From the IMG/VR virus record IMGVR_UViG_3300037466_001997, positions 132,142-196,141 of that record: a DNA stretch of 64,000 nt. One strand, written 5' to 3'. The position numbers and the translations under genes were made by a program. The notes beneath the pieces were generated by a model. It worked only from the letters and a program-made list of their open reading frames with translations, was not told the origin of the DNA and did not search any database. Below, piece after piece: positions 6,473 to 16,043 of the stretch (its first letter is position 1; each line of letters opens with the position of its first letter). Origin of the DNA: a virus (taxonomy: Duplodnaviria; Heunggongvirae; Uroviricota; Caudoviricetes).

Positions 6473-9400
6473 TTATCTCTTTATGAAGTTATTCAAGTAT
6501 TTATCATATGACAAGTCGTTGTTTTCGTTGGGATTGGTTACGTTTCCTACTGGACCTATCGTTGTATTGGTGTTTTTGGAATAGCCTCTTGTTTCATTTG
6601 CACGAACAAAATTTGTCAAATAATCATCATATTTGAAATACAGTTTTACAGAAACTGTGATAGTTGCATGGCAAACGTCATCTTGCTCATGAACATTCAG
6701 AGTTGCCGTTCTACTTGAACGTGATCCAGTGGCAACACTGGTATCGTCTTCTTCATGAATATTTGAGTTGGCAGCTATACGAAGTGTGCCAGTTGTTGCA
6801 ATATCGTCATCGCCTTCTGTCACAGACAGGTATGCGTGGGTTGATTTTACTCCTGTCGCAATCATAGTATCGTCGGCTTCGAACATAGAAGCCAACGCAC
6901 TGATCATGATCATTGTAGCGGCTACAAGCGTATCATCTTGTTCCGTTACCGATGCAGAAGCTGCAATAGAAATTTTTGCAGCCGCCGAAATATTGTCGTT
7001 ATCTTCCGTTACGGCAAGCTGTGCGGTCGTGTTGCTGGTGTTGACGCTCGACAGAGTATCATCACCTTCCGTTATTGCGGCGCTTGCCTTGATAGCAAGA
7101 GCACCCGTCGAAGATGACGTATCGTTTGTTTCTGTTATCGAACTATTAGCTTTGATCGCTATAGTGGATGTTGATGAAACCGTATCAGCGGCTTCTGTGA
7201 TCGCCGCCGATGCACGATTTGTCGAGAAACCAGTTCCTGACAAAGTATCATCAGCTTCTGTGATTGAGGCAGAAGCTTTTATAGAAAGGGTTGCGGTTGC
7301 GGAACTTGTGTCGTCCGCTTCCGTAATATCTGACACGCCAAGATGGATGCCATTCGAACCCGCCACCAACGTATCATCATCTTCGGTGATTGAGGCCGAT
7401 GCTTTGATAGACGATGTACCAGTGGATGAAACTGTATCGGCAGCTTCTGTAATATTTCCGACAGCACTGATTGAAATTTTAGAAGCGGCTGAAACCGTAT
7501 CATCAGATTCTGTGATCGCCGCCGATGCACGATTTGTCGAGAAACCGGTAGCTGATAGAGTATCGCCAGCTTCTGTTATAGATGATGATCCGGTTAGGAG
7601 TATTGTTCCTGTGCCAGAGACAACATCATTAGCTTCTGTGATAGCAACCGCTGCACGGTTTGTCGAGAAACCAGTTCCTGACAAAGTATCATCTGATTCT
7701 GTAATCGATGCAGTGGCTTTAACCGCCACAGTAGAAGTTGAAGAAACGCTGTCATCGGCTTCTGTAATGGATGCAGTAGCTCTGACCAGAAGGCTTGAAG
7801 CTGACGAAAGTGTGTCATCCGCTTCCGTAATCGATGCAGAGCCTTTTATAGCTGATGTACCAGTGGATGAAACGGTATCGTCAGTTTCCGTAATCGATGC
7901 AGCGGCTTTGATTGTTACAGTAGAAGTTGACGAAACGCTGTCATCGGCTTCTGTAATGGATGCCGTCGCACGGTTTGTCGAGAAACCGGTAGCTGATACG
8001 GTATCATCTGTTTCCGTAATCGATGCAGCGGCTTTGACCGCCACTGTTCCGGTCGAAGAAACCGTGTCACTTGATTCTGTAATCGAGGCGCTGGCCTTGA
8101 TTGCAATGGTTGCTGTCGATGAAACTGTGTCGCCAGCTTCTGTGATCGATGCAGCGGCTTTGATCGTTATAGTAGACGCTGATGAAACGGTATCGTCGGC
8201 TTCCGTGATCGATGCTGTGCCAGAAATGGCACTTAGCAAAGTAGAAGATGCCGACAATGTATCAGCACCTTCTGTTATGGAAACAGAAGCTTTGATAGCT
8301 ATTGTAGACGTTGACGAAACAGTATCATTCTGTTCGACAATTATTGGCGTCGAACCATCATATGCAGTAATATTATAATCATTATAATCTAGGGACGCAA
8401 GGAAAGTACCGTCCGCAGAGCAACTGATTTCCCAATACTGTCCACTGTATGTGCTTGCTGGCGTTATAACAGAATATGTTGTGAAATGGTCTGTAGATTT
8501 GTATATCGCTGCAAATGTACTACCATCGCCACCAGAAACATATTGTATGCTACCGTCATCTGACAACGTTACGTAGTGGAATTCAGATGGACTGTTTATT
8601 GTTTTAGAAGTCCATGATGTACCACCATTTGTCGAATACAAGTAGGTATCTGTTACTGGTGTTGTGGACGAACGGGCCGTTATTGCAATAATTTGACCGT
8701 CAACAGAGCAATCAATGTCTTTATATGCCGAATTGCCGTTCGGGCCGGGCGATGGAATCGTTGTTATCTGAGTCCAACTGCTACCAGAATTAGTGCTTTT
8801 CCAAAGTCCTGTTAAAGTCAGACCATAGATGGTCGAACCGTCGCTTGATAGCGCAAAATCAACCCATGCTCTGGAACCAGCGGCAGTCAGTGACGCCCAT
8901 GTCGAACCCTGATTATATGAGATAACAGGATGTGCAGCGGTTGTACCATTGCGCTCACCAGCGATGATCACAGAACCATCGTTTGACATTCCGATAGCCT
9001 GCCAGTTGCCCGACAGTTCAGCGGAGGCTAGTGCACTTGTAGTGGTCCATGTTACGCCTCTATCGATAGATTTGTAAATGTCACCAAAAGATAGTGGAGC
9101 AATAAGAATGCTACCATCATAATTGCTACCAAATAGATAAGACTGGCCGATAGATATACTTGATAGACCAGTCTGTTGAGTCCAAGTTATACCTTTATCA
9201 GAAGATGTCCAAGGATAGTCATACGCACCAGCGATGATCAATGAACCATCTGGCACGACATATGCACTACCAGACCAATTGAACCCGTTATCGCCAGAAT
9301 TTGTTACATAAAACCCTTTCGGATTATTCGCTTTGATCGGCAGTTTAGCGGCAGATGAAATTGTATCGTCCGCTTCTGTTACGGACGCAGAAGCTTTTAT

Positions 9401-12355
9401 CAATACTGTTGAAGTAGAAGAAACAGTATCGCCAGCTTCTGTTACCGAACTAGAAGCTTTAATGAGAACAGTGGATGTTGACGAAACTGTGTCATCCGCT
9501 TCTGTGATCGAAGCGGTTCCGCTGACACCGGAACTAACTGTTCCGGTCGCTGAAACTGTATCGTCGGCTTCTGTGATCGCAGATGTTGCCTGAACCGCCC
9601 AAGCACCAGAGAAATCGTCCAACAACGGGTTCTGAACGGCTTGTCTAACGTGAACACCAACCTTCGTACCAGTCAGTGTTACACCAAGATTCATGCTTAC
9701 AATTTGAGTGCCGTTTTTAAGCACTCGAATGTTGTCGGTTCCCCAAATTCTGACATCAAAAACGTCGCCAGACACAACGCTTTGGTTGGTGTTGTAGAGG
9801 TTAGTGAAACTGCCTGCTACGACTTTCCAAATTTGGAAGTTAGAACCACTAGCACGAACACCGATATAGTTAGTCGATACGGTTGCATCGGCACGTAAGG
9901 TAACAAATGAGTTTCCAGTTGTATCTAGAAGCTTGAAAGAAACCCATTGATTTGTTTGTTGTAGATCGTAATAGTAATGATCGCCTGTCGCATCAGAAGT
10001 CATGTTCGACAACTGATTGGTTACAATCTGCGCACCACCACCAATACTACCATTTTTCTGCCAAGATGACAGACCGTTGGACATCAGCGCACTACTTTCA
10101 AGTACGCTGTTTGCACGATTGAAATTATCAGTAAATGCTACTGCCGAAAGGCCAATAGACGACGCTGTATCGTCAGCTTCTGTAATCGAGGCAGATGCTT
10201 TTAGAGCTACTTTTGATGCCGATGAAACTGTGTCATCCGCTTCTGTGATCGAACTAGCAGCTTTAATAGCGACCGTTGACGTGGCCGAAACCGTGTCATC
10301 AGCTTCTGTAATCGACGCCGTACCTTTTACAAGGATTGTGGCGGTCGATGCAACTGTGTCATCCGCTTCTGTGGAAGATTCGGTTGCTTTGATCAGAACA
10401 GTGGATGTTGATGCAACTGTGTCACCAGCTTCTGTTATCGAACTATTAGCTTTGATCGCAATAGTAGACGCTGATGCAACTGTGTCATCAGCTTCTGTTA
10501 TCGAAGATGTACCCTTGATAGCGACTGTTGATGTCGATGCAACGGTATCGGCGGCTTCTGTAATAGAGGCAGTACCAGAAATAGGACCAGCCGGTTCCCA
10601 ATTAGAGAAGCCAGAAGGTACAGCATATGTGAATCCGGTATAACCAAAGTTAACCGTAATGGCGATACCAGTTGTAACGGCTGCATAGACCGCAACATAA
10701 CGTGCTGTTCCGGTTAGTGCAGAGACATCCGCACCACCTACACCTGTGGCAGGGTTAGCAGTTCCGGAAGCATTCCAATTGCCGCCATTGATTCTGTACC
10801 AAACCAACTTGGCGACAGGATCGTAAGCCATCGACACAACGTCGCCAGCCGAAATTGGCATAAAGCCCCAGTTGGGGAAGGTTCCATTGATAGAACCAGA
10901 ACCGTTGTCGAATAGACCAAACGAATTGGCGTTATCGCCCGGAAAGTTTGACGTTGTTAGAATGGTTTCATTGCTGATACCAAGAGCAATTTTATTAGAG
11001 CTTGTTGCACCAACAGTGAATTCAACATAAGTTTTAGTTGATGCTCTGCTAGTTGTGCTTCTAACATTCTGATTTCCAGTGGAATTAAGAGTAGCAGTTA
11101 GATTTCCATTGGATAGCGTAAATCCAGAAGTTACAGTATTCGGATCAAGCGTACTTTTTACGATTGTCGATGCTGATGAAACTGTGTCATCAGCTTCCGT
11201 TATAGAAGCTGTACCTTTAAGGGCAATAGTCGATGCTGATGAAACTGTGTCACTAGCTTCCGTTATAGAAGCTGTACCAGAAACGCCGGTTGTTCTGACT
11301 GTATATTCGTTATATTTTATCGTTCCATTGTCATTGACAAAATATGGAATTACAACAGCACTACCACGTTGGTAGATTGCACCATCAATAGATAGAGACG
11401 AATCTGCCGCTGATACTGTACCAGCAAGTGAAGAAGTCTTTCCGCTCCAACTTAGTGACGGACTTGTGGAAGAAACAACATAGATGTCACTGTCGGTTGA
11501 GCTTCTATACAGTGCGTAATATTTTGTTGTACCACCAGAATCATAGAATGGACGAGCAATATCAGCGGTGCTATCAATCTGTGCACTAGAGCTACTGCCA
11601 GAAGAAGTTGTGTTCCACTTATCAGACCAAAGGAAATCTGCGTTACCATCCCAAATGGCCTGAAAGAGGAACGTACCGGAAGTTGCGGAACCACCAGTCC
11701 ATGTATTCAATACGTTGGAACTGTTTAACTGCTTTGCAGCTAGGTTGGTTGCTGCCTGCTTGAAGTAGAAATAGCTGTTGCTGCTACCATCAATGATCGC
11801 TTCTGGCATTGTGTAGTCAACTGTACCACCGGCATCAACAGCAACCGCAGCGGCCCACGTCGCTGTACCAGTTCTTCTGGAATACACGATACGTGCCCAT
11901 GATGAACCCATGGCCGCTCCCTGTGCACCATTGTACAGGATGATCGGTTGACTGTCTGATGTTCTATAGACAATAGAGCATCCGTAAGCGTTTGCCGCCG
12001 CATTTGTTTGTGGGTTAAAACTCGCCTGCACAAGTTCTTTAAGAACAAATGCATCGGTAGACATACTGAATGTTTGATAGTGTATATTTACAGATGTTCC
12101 AGAACCAGAACAGACGGCAAGATGTATAGTATCGCCAACCTGATAACCAGCAAGAAACTGAACAGCGGTAGCATAACCAGTGCTGGTCGCAATGCTTGAC
12201 CAAGAACTAGTTGGATCAGTCGCCTTAAATGCTTGTAGTGTACCGGGTGTTGTTGCGTCACGACCGAAGAAGTAATAGTTTCCACCTGATGATTGAAACG
12301 GACCAACAATTGGAATTGCGGTTGAAATGCCGGATATTGCTAATGGTAATGCCAT
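6473..12355 (-). CDS. 1960-aa repeat-rich fibre/scaffold protein with SPRY-like, ConA/LamG-like and BNR beta-propeller domains
   Basis: About 40 copies of a 21-aa repeat (IKA.ASITEADDTVSST.T..) in blocks of 2/7/4/27, separated by an SPRY-like domain (LSNGNLTAT...YVEF...GDVV..A.D...VW...NG.W), an FTDNFNRAN ConA-like domain and Asp-box repeats (S.D.G.TW). Confidence 0.8.
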   Translation of the reverse strand: MALPLAISGISTAIPIVGPFQSSGGNYYFFGRDATTPGTLQAFKATDPTSSWSSIATSTGYATAVQFLAGYQVGDTIHLAVCSGSGTSVNIHYQTFSMSTDAFVLKELVQASFNPQTNAAANAYGCSIVYRTSDSQPIILYNGAQGAAMGSSWARIVYSRRTGTATWAAAVAVDAGGTVDYTMPEAIIDGSSNSYFYFKQAATNLAAKQLNSSNVLNTWTGGSATSGTFLFQAIWDGNADFLWSDKWNTTSSGSSSSAQIDSTADIARPFYDSGGTTKYYALYRSSTDSDIYVVSSTSPSLSWSGKTSSLAGTVSAADSSLSIDGAIYQRGSAVVIPYFVNDNGTIKYNEYTVRTTGVSGTASITEASDTVSSASTIALKGTASITEADDTVSSASTIVKSTLDPNTVTSGFTLSNGNLTATLNSTGNQNVRSTTSRASTKTYVEFTVGATSSNKIALGISNETILTTSNFPGDNANSFGLFDNGSGSINGTFPNWGFMPISAGDVVSMAYDPVAKLVWYRINGGNWNASGTANPATGVGGADVSALTGTARYVAVYAAVTTGIAITVNFGYTGFTYAVPSGFSNWEPAGPISGTASITEAADTVASTSTVAIKGTSSITEADDTVASASTIAIKANSSITEAGDTVASTSTVLIKATESSTEADDTVASTATILVKGTASITEADDTVSATSTVAIKAASSITEADDTVSSASKVALKASASITEADDTASSIGLSAVAFTDNFNRANSVLESSALMSNGLSSWQKNGSIGGGAQIVTNQLSNMTSDATGDHYYYDLQQTNQWVSFKLLDTTGNSFVTLRADATVSTNYIGVRASGSNFQIWKVVAGSFTNLYNTNQSVVSGDVFDVRIWGTDNIRVLKNGTQIVSMNLGVTLTGTKVGVHVRQAVQNPLLDDFSGAWAVQATSAITEADDTVSATGTVSSGVSGTASITEADDTVSSTSTVLIKASSSVTEAGDTVSSTSTVLIKASASVTEADDTISSAAKLPIKANNPKGFYVTNSGDNGFNWSGSAYVVPDGSLIIAGAYDYPWTSSDKGITWTQQTGLSSISIGQSYLFGSNYDGSILIAPLSFGDIYKSIDRGVTWTTTSALASAELSGNWQAIGMSNDGSVIIAGERNGTTAAHPVISYNQGSTWASLTAAGSRAWVDFALSSDGSTIYGLTLTGLWKSTNSGSSWTQITTIPSPGPNGNSAYKDIDCSVDGQIIAITARSSTTPVTDTYLYSTNGGTSWTSKTINSPSEFHYVTLSDDGSIQYVSGGDGSTFAAIYKSTDHFTTYSVITPASTYSGQYWEISCSADGTFLASLDYNDYNITAYDGSTPIIVEQNDTVSSTSTIAIKASVSITEGADTLSASSTLLSAISGTASITEADDTVSSASTITIKAAASITEAGDTVSSTATIAIKASASITESSDTVSSTGTVAVKAAASITETDDTVSATGFSTNRATASITEADDSVSSTSTVTIKAAASITETDDTVSSTGTSAIKGSASITEADDTLSSASSLLVRATASITEADDSVSSTSTVAVKATASITESDDTLSGTGFSTNRAAVAITEANDVVSGTGTILLTGSSSITEAGDTLSATGFSTNRASAAITESDDTVSAASKISISAVGNITEAADTVSSTGTSSIKASASITEDDDTLVAGSNGIHLGVSDITEADDTSSATATLSIKASASITEADDTLSGTGFSTNRASAAITEAADTVSSTSTIAIKANSSITETNDTSSSTGALAIKASAAITEGDDTLSSVNTSNTTAQLAVTEDNDNISAAAKISIAASASVTEQDDTLVAATMIMISALASMFEADDTMIATGVKSTHAYLSVTEGDDDIATTGTLRIAANSNIHEEDDTSVATGSRSSRTATLNVHEQDDVCHATITVSVKLYFKYDDYLTNFVRANETRGYSKNTNTTIGPVGNVTNPNENNDLSYDKYLNNFIKR

Positions 12356-12934
12356 TTACAATACCTCACCACTTCCACGACGAATGACCAAATCCGGACC
12401 AACCATCTGTTTCCATTCGGCATCAGTCTTCCAGTTCAAACCACCGAATGAACTTGGTGTTGAACACGAAACCCAATGTGCAACTTTCCCACCGTACAAA
12501 TGCAATGCATTTACCAGAGCTATACATTCTTCGTCTGACAATATAGGCAAACAATCTTCTGTTATAACCCAATCGATATGACCACCAATTGCATTAAGAA
12601 CGTTAGCTCTACTTTGTTCTGTCAAGGAATCTTCATTCAAAATAGGAAGAACTGCGTTTTCATTCAAATTTTGCTGAATCCATCGTGAAATATCAGTATT
12701 GACAATCGGGCCAAGGCCCATATTAATCCAATCTTCTGCAACCCAACCAAAACCAGCACCGATAAGCGCAATGCGCTCGCCGGGTTGAATGTCCAACGCT
12801 TTGGCCAAAACAATATGATCATCGCCAAAAATTTGTTGTTTGGCGATGCGCTCGAAACCAACGTTTCTTCCATCAATCATACAGCTATACAGCTTTGACC
12901 AAGTAGATTCGACATTCATATCGACTAGAGGCAT
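12356..12934 (-). CDS. putative class I SAM-dependent methyltransferase-fold protein
   Basis: ERIALIGAGFGW motif I, NTDIS motif II, DWVITED. Confidence 0.55.
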   Translation of the reverse strand: MPLVDMNVESTWSKLYSCMIDGRNVGFERIAKQQIFGDDHIVLAKALDIQPGERIALIGAGFGWVAEDWINMGLGPIVNTDISRWIQQNLNENAVLPILNEDSLTEQSRANVLNAIGGHIDWVITEDCLPILSDEECIALVNALHLYGGKVAHWVSCSTPSSFGGLNWKTDAEWKQMVGPDLVIRRGSGEVL

Positions 12935-12956
12935 TATTGTTTCCCAGTTGTATATT

Positions 12957-12965
12957 CTATTTAGG
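12957..12965 (-). promoter_or_regulatory. variant late promoter (CTAAATA) for the methyltransferase and 1960-aa genes
   Basis: CCTAAATAG on the - strand just downstream of the terminator. Confidence 0.45.
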
Positions 12966-12970
12966 TCAAC

Positions 12971-12995
12971 AAAAAAGGCGGCACAAAGCCGCCTT
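12971..12995 (-). terminator. rho-independent terminator after the 134-aa gene
   Basis: AAGGCGGC-TTTGT-GCCGCCTT followed by TTTT on the - strand. Confidence 0.85.
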
Positions 12996-13020
12996 ATATT
13001 GTATTTCTATTGAAAAATGA

Positions 13021-13425
13021 TTAAGCGTTACCGGCTGTCAAAGTAAACGAAGTGACCGAGAAAGCCTGACCGGTTGCAAATGAAGTGTTGTCAACTGTCA
13101 TGTCGCCACCGCCACCAGTAGCTGTAACTGTTCCCTGTGCATGGCATGTGCCAGTCGATGAGAAGATACGGAAGTGACCGGCTGTACCGGTAGCGTCCGC
13201 AGATGTGTCCTGCCATGTACCAGACAAAGATTTTGTTCCGGCAGAAGCGTTGGCCATCCAGTCAGATGGTAGAGTACATGTTGCAAGAACTGTACCAGAG
13301 TTAGCGGCTGCGCATGAAGCAGGAGCCGCACCAGACTTGATCAAAAGAACCGCTGAAGTTCCGATTGTCGATTCAACCACGTCCAAACGTGCGTTACGTA
13401 CAGCAACAGAGTATTGTAGTGCCAT
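13021..13425 (-). CDS. small Ala/Thr/Gly-rich beta-sandwich virion protein (candidate fibre/bead subunit)
   Basis: 134 aa, MALQYSVAVRNARLD...ADATGTAGHFRI...SFTLTAGNA; own late promoter, GAGG RBS and terminator. Confidence 0.7.
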   Translation of the reverse strand: MALQYSVAVRNARLDVVESTIGTSAVLLIKSGAAPASCAAANSGTVLATCTLPSDWMANASAGTKSLSGTWQDTSADATGTAGHFRIFSSTGTCHAQGTVTATGGGGDMTVDNTSFATGQAFSVTSFTLTAGNA

Positions 13426-13457
13426 TATAGTATCCTCTTAAGAGTTAGATTTGTATC

Positions 13458-13465
13458 TATTTATA
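13458..13465 (-). promoter_or_regulatory. T4 late promoter
   Basis: exact TATAAATA on the - strand. Confidence 0.8.
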
Positions 13466-13469
13466 AAAC

Positions 13470-14225
13470 TTACAAGCCCGGCCCGAACATATCGGTCAAT
13501 GGAATCGAGAACGAATGAATCATTTCTTCTTCTAGTTCTTCTATTTCCTTTTCGGCTTCGTCAAAAATTCTTTGACCAGTTAGAGTACCGCCGCCAAGAA
13601 GCTTAACGCCTTCAACTAATTTCAAGTTAGCGCCCCATTGTCTCTTGACCAAAGCTGTGGCATAACGGAGAAGCCATTTGTCGGACCATACTTCTGGGAA
13701 TTCATCCGGATCGACGGTTTCATAACAATCAAACACCATGTAATCGCCAACGTTGTATTTTTTCCAATTGGTATCCACATAGATTTTGTTCATTTTTCTG
13801 TTGAAACGAATGCCGGGTGTGGCATTGAATAGTTCCTGAAACAGATTGATATGGCGAAGCGCTAAGTAATATGGGACAATAGAGGATGCAGTAAGATTGA
13901 AGAAATCGGAAAGCATCATCTGATAAGAAACGTCGAATAGATTCTGTGAACTTGACTGTCCAAAACCAAAGTTATCAACCATTTTGGTGATACCAATTAC
14001 GTTGGCTGGTACAGGGATGCATTCGTTTGCGATGTCGTCTGCCGTTAGTCTATACTTGTAGTACGCTGCTTGTGAGCCATCAAAGTGATAGTCTTGGTAA
14101 TATGATAATGCATCGTCAATACGATCTTCCACTTGTTCGGCATCGACGGCAATTTCCACGACAGGGAAGCCGAGACGGCGCATGATATATTCTTTGAATT
14201 GTTTTCTGTTTTGTGGCTGTGCCAT
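13470..14225 (-). CDS. gp13: neck protein (T4 gp13-like)
   Basis: K.YI.RRLG.PV..I.V..EQ.EDRID.AL..Y..YHFDG; WL..YATALVK.QWG.NL. Confidence 0.96.
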   Translation of the reverse strand: MAQPQNRKQFKEYIMRRLGFPVVEIAVDAEQVEDRIDDALSYYQDYHFDGSQAAYYKYRLTADDIANECIPVPANVIGITKMVDNFGFGQSSSQNLFDVSYQMMLSDFFNLTASSIVPYYLALRHINLFQELFNATPGIRFNRKMNKIYVDTNWKKYNVGDYMVFDCYETVDPDEFPEVWSDKWLLRYATALVKRQWGANLKLVEGVKLLGGGTLTGQRIFDEAEKEIEELEEEMIHSFSIPLTDMFGPGL

Positions 14226-14237
14226 GTTATTCCTCTA

Positions 14238-14846
14238 TTATCCAGATACAGGCCAAAGAGCGTCGTTTGTGTAATCGATTGGCACAGGTGAGGTTTGCTT
14301 GATCGCACGACCGGCGAAAATGCATTTGGTTTCCCATGCAGCGGCGGCTTGACCGAAAGCGAAACATGTTTGCGCATCCATCTGGTTCAGGCTATTGTCA
14401 TCGGCAATCCATACGAAATCAGATGTTCCGCCATGCCAGCGATAGTTTCCTGCTTGTGCGCCAGCGGCGACAGCGAAACCGGCCAAGGTAGCAGCACCGA
14501 TGATGCGAGCCTTTGATTCAGAGTCCATTGCATAGGATTTACCGTTGAAGACATATCCAGTTGCAATGCGGCGATCACGTTCGGCGTTGACTTCATCAGT
14601 GGTGATAACTCTATCCGTTAGAACCCATGTAAATTTTGGAATTCCGTTGGTCATAACCACAGTCTGTGACACACCAACCTTTCCATCTGGAATAGCATCA
14701 GCGGGGAGAATTGTTTTAAGAGTATAGGTGCCATTGTCCCAACCGGCATATGCAGGGGAAGTAATTGTATTACCTATAAAAAACGCTGAACCCTCCAAAA
14801 CTTGTTGAGCAACAGTCGAGTCTGATTTCTTTATTAGAGCGAGCAT
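14238..14846 (-). CDS. DUF4376-like tail fibre assembly protein
   Basis: VNAERDRRI..G..FNG, F.WIADDN....M, C-terminal DY...ALWP. Confidence 0.75.
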   Translation of the reverse strand: MLALIKKSDSTVAQQVLEGSAFFIGNTITSPAYAGWDNGTYTLKTILPADAIPDGKVGVSQTVVMTNGIPKFTWVLTDRVITTDEVNAERDRRIATGYVFNGKSYAMDSESKARIIGAATLAGFAVAAGAQAGNYRWHGGTSDFVWIADDNSLNQMDAQTCFAFGQAAAAWETKCIFAGRAIKQTSPVPIDYTNDALWPVSG

Positions 14847-15487
14847 TTTAGCCTTTCATATAATTCAATATCTTTCTCATAGTATTTATTCACCGCAGAC
14901 AAAGAGGCGGCGTCATAGAAGGTGTGGATGTAATCTTTTGTAAGATGACCACGAATGGATTTGTTTTTCCATTCGAGAGGATACTTGACATTGATATTGT
15001 TTTCTTCGACAAATTCATCTATGTGTTTTTGGATGTTATCGAATAACCACCATTTCCCTATCTGTTTTCCTTCGTACTCTAAAAATGATGTTTGCAGTTG
15101 ATTATGCCATGGTCGGTCCGGAAGATAACCATGTTCTGTGACAAGTTTCCTGAAATCATAGACCGTTAGCTTCGGTTCATTTGAAAATTTTTGTTTTTCT
15201 CTGTAAAGAAAAAGAGAAATCACACGTTCTACAGGATGTCGGATTACACCAACGACAGTCTCGGTAGGGTCCAGTAAACCATTTCGAATGGCATAGGTCA
15301 CATCCATATGAGAATGGTTAGCATGGGGTAACGGTACGTTCTGGGATTCTGGTAATATGTCATCAAAGTAATATGAGTAGGAATCTTCCGACTGAACTAC
15401 GTTCCATACGAAGAATTTTCGAACGGATGTCGAAGCATTTTTTGGAACGTTGATGAAATTGAATTTGAAACGCTTGATACTAATCAT
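14834..15487 (-). CDS. sulfotransferase family 2 protein
   Basis: 5'-PSB motif FINVPKNASTSVR; 3'-PB motif IRHPVERVISLF; C-terminal Y.KD.ELY. Confidence 0.85.
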   Translation of the reverse strand: MISIKRFKFNFINVPKNASTSVRKFFVWNVVQSEDSYSYYFDDILPESQNVPLPHANHSHMDVTYAIRNGLLDPTETVVGVIRHPVERVISLFLYREKQKFSNEPKLTVYDFRKLVTEHGYLPDRPWHNQLQTSFLEYEGKQIGKWWLFDNIQKHIDEFVEENNINVKYPLEWKNKSIRGHLTKDYIHTFYDAASLSAVNKYYEKDIELYERLKCSL

Positions 15488-16043
15488 TTAGAAGGAAAGA
15501 ATTCAATGTGAGGCGGATACCAGATGATTTGTATGAGTGCCACGTGACGCCAGTTCGACCAGCAAAGATCATTGTTCGATTTGGCTTCCATTCAATTTGT
15601 TTCACAAAATTTTTATTTTCGTCATAGATCAAAGTCCCTTCGTTGGTGAATGGGTAGAGATAGGTCACAGCCGACAGAACTTTGTCTTCCGCTTCGTCAT
15701 GAATAGGATGTTCTGAATTCTTCATGCATAGTATAACTTCACCATACGGTCGTAATTTTGAATATTTTCTGGTATTGGGAAAGCACGGAATAAACGAGTA
15801 GGTATCCCGACTTTTCAATAATTTTTGGGTTTCTGGAAATTTGGGATTGGTGTAAAGGTTCTCTTTGGATATGAAAATTCCCTCTGCCGACTTGGTTACG
15901 AACGCCGTTTGGTCGGTTTTCAGAACATGAAAAATTTCTCTGATAGCCGTGTCCACCATAGTTTCGTCAAAGTAATCGTCCACAGTCATATGGAACCATG
16001 GTTTAGTGGAAATCGACAACACGCTTTTCGATCCTTTCTTCAT
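15480..16043 (-). CDS. 2OG-Fe(II) oxygenase family protein
   Basis: HxD/E (IHDE), KVLS.V.YL, W.PNR..IF, distal His (TWHSY) and R (RLTLN). Confidence 0.82.
   Translation of the reverse strand: MKKGSKSVLSISTKPWFHMTVDDYFDETMVDTAIREIFHVLKTDQTAFVTKSAEGIFISKENLYTNPKFPETQKLLKSRDTYSFIPCFPNTRKYSKLRPYGEVILCMKNSEHPIHDEAEDKVLSAVTYLYPFTNEGTLIYDENKNFVKQIEWKPNRTMIFAGRTGVTWHSYKSSGIRLTLNSFLLND

Noticed and set aside
6768-8378. 536-aa + strand ORF (also 9333-9593, 10017-10643, 11079-11375)
   Set aside because: Antisense shadow of the repeat-rich 1960-aa gene; no RBS or promoter.
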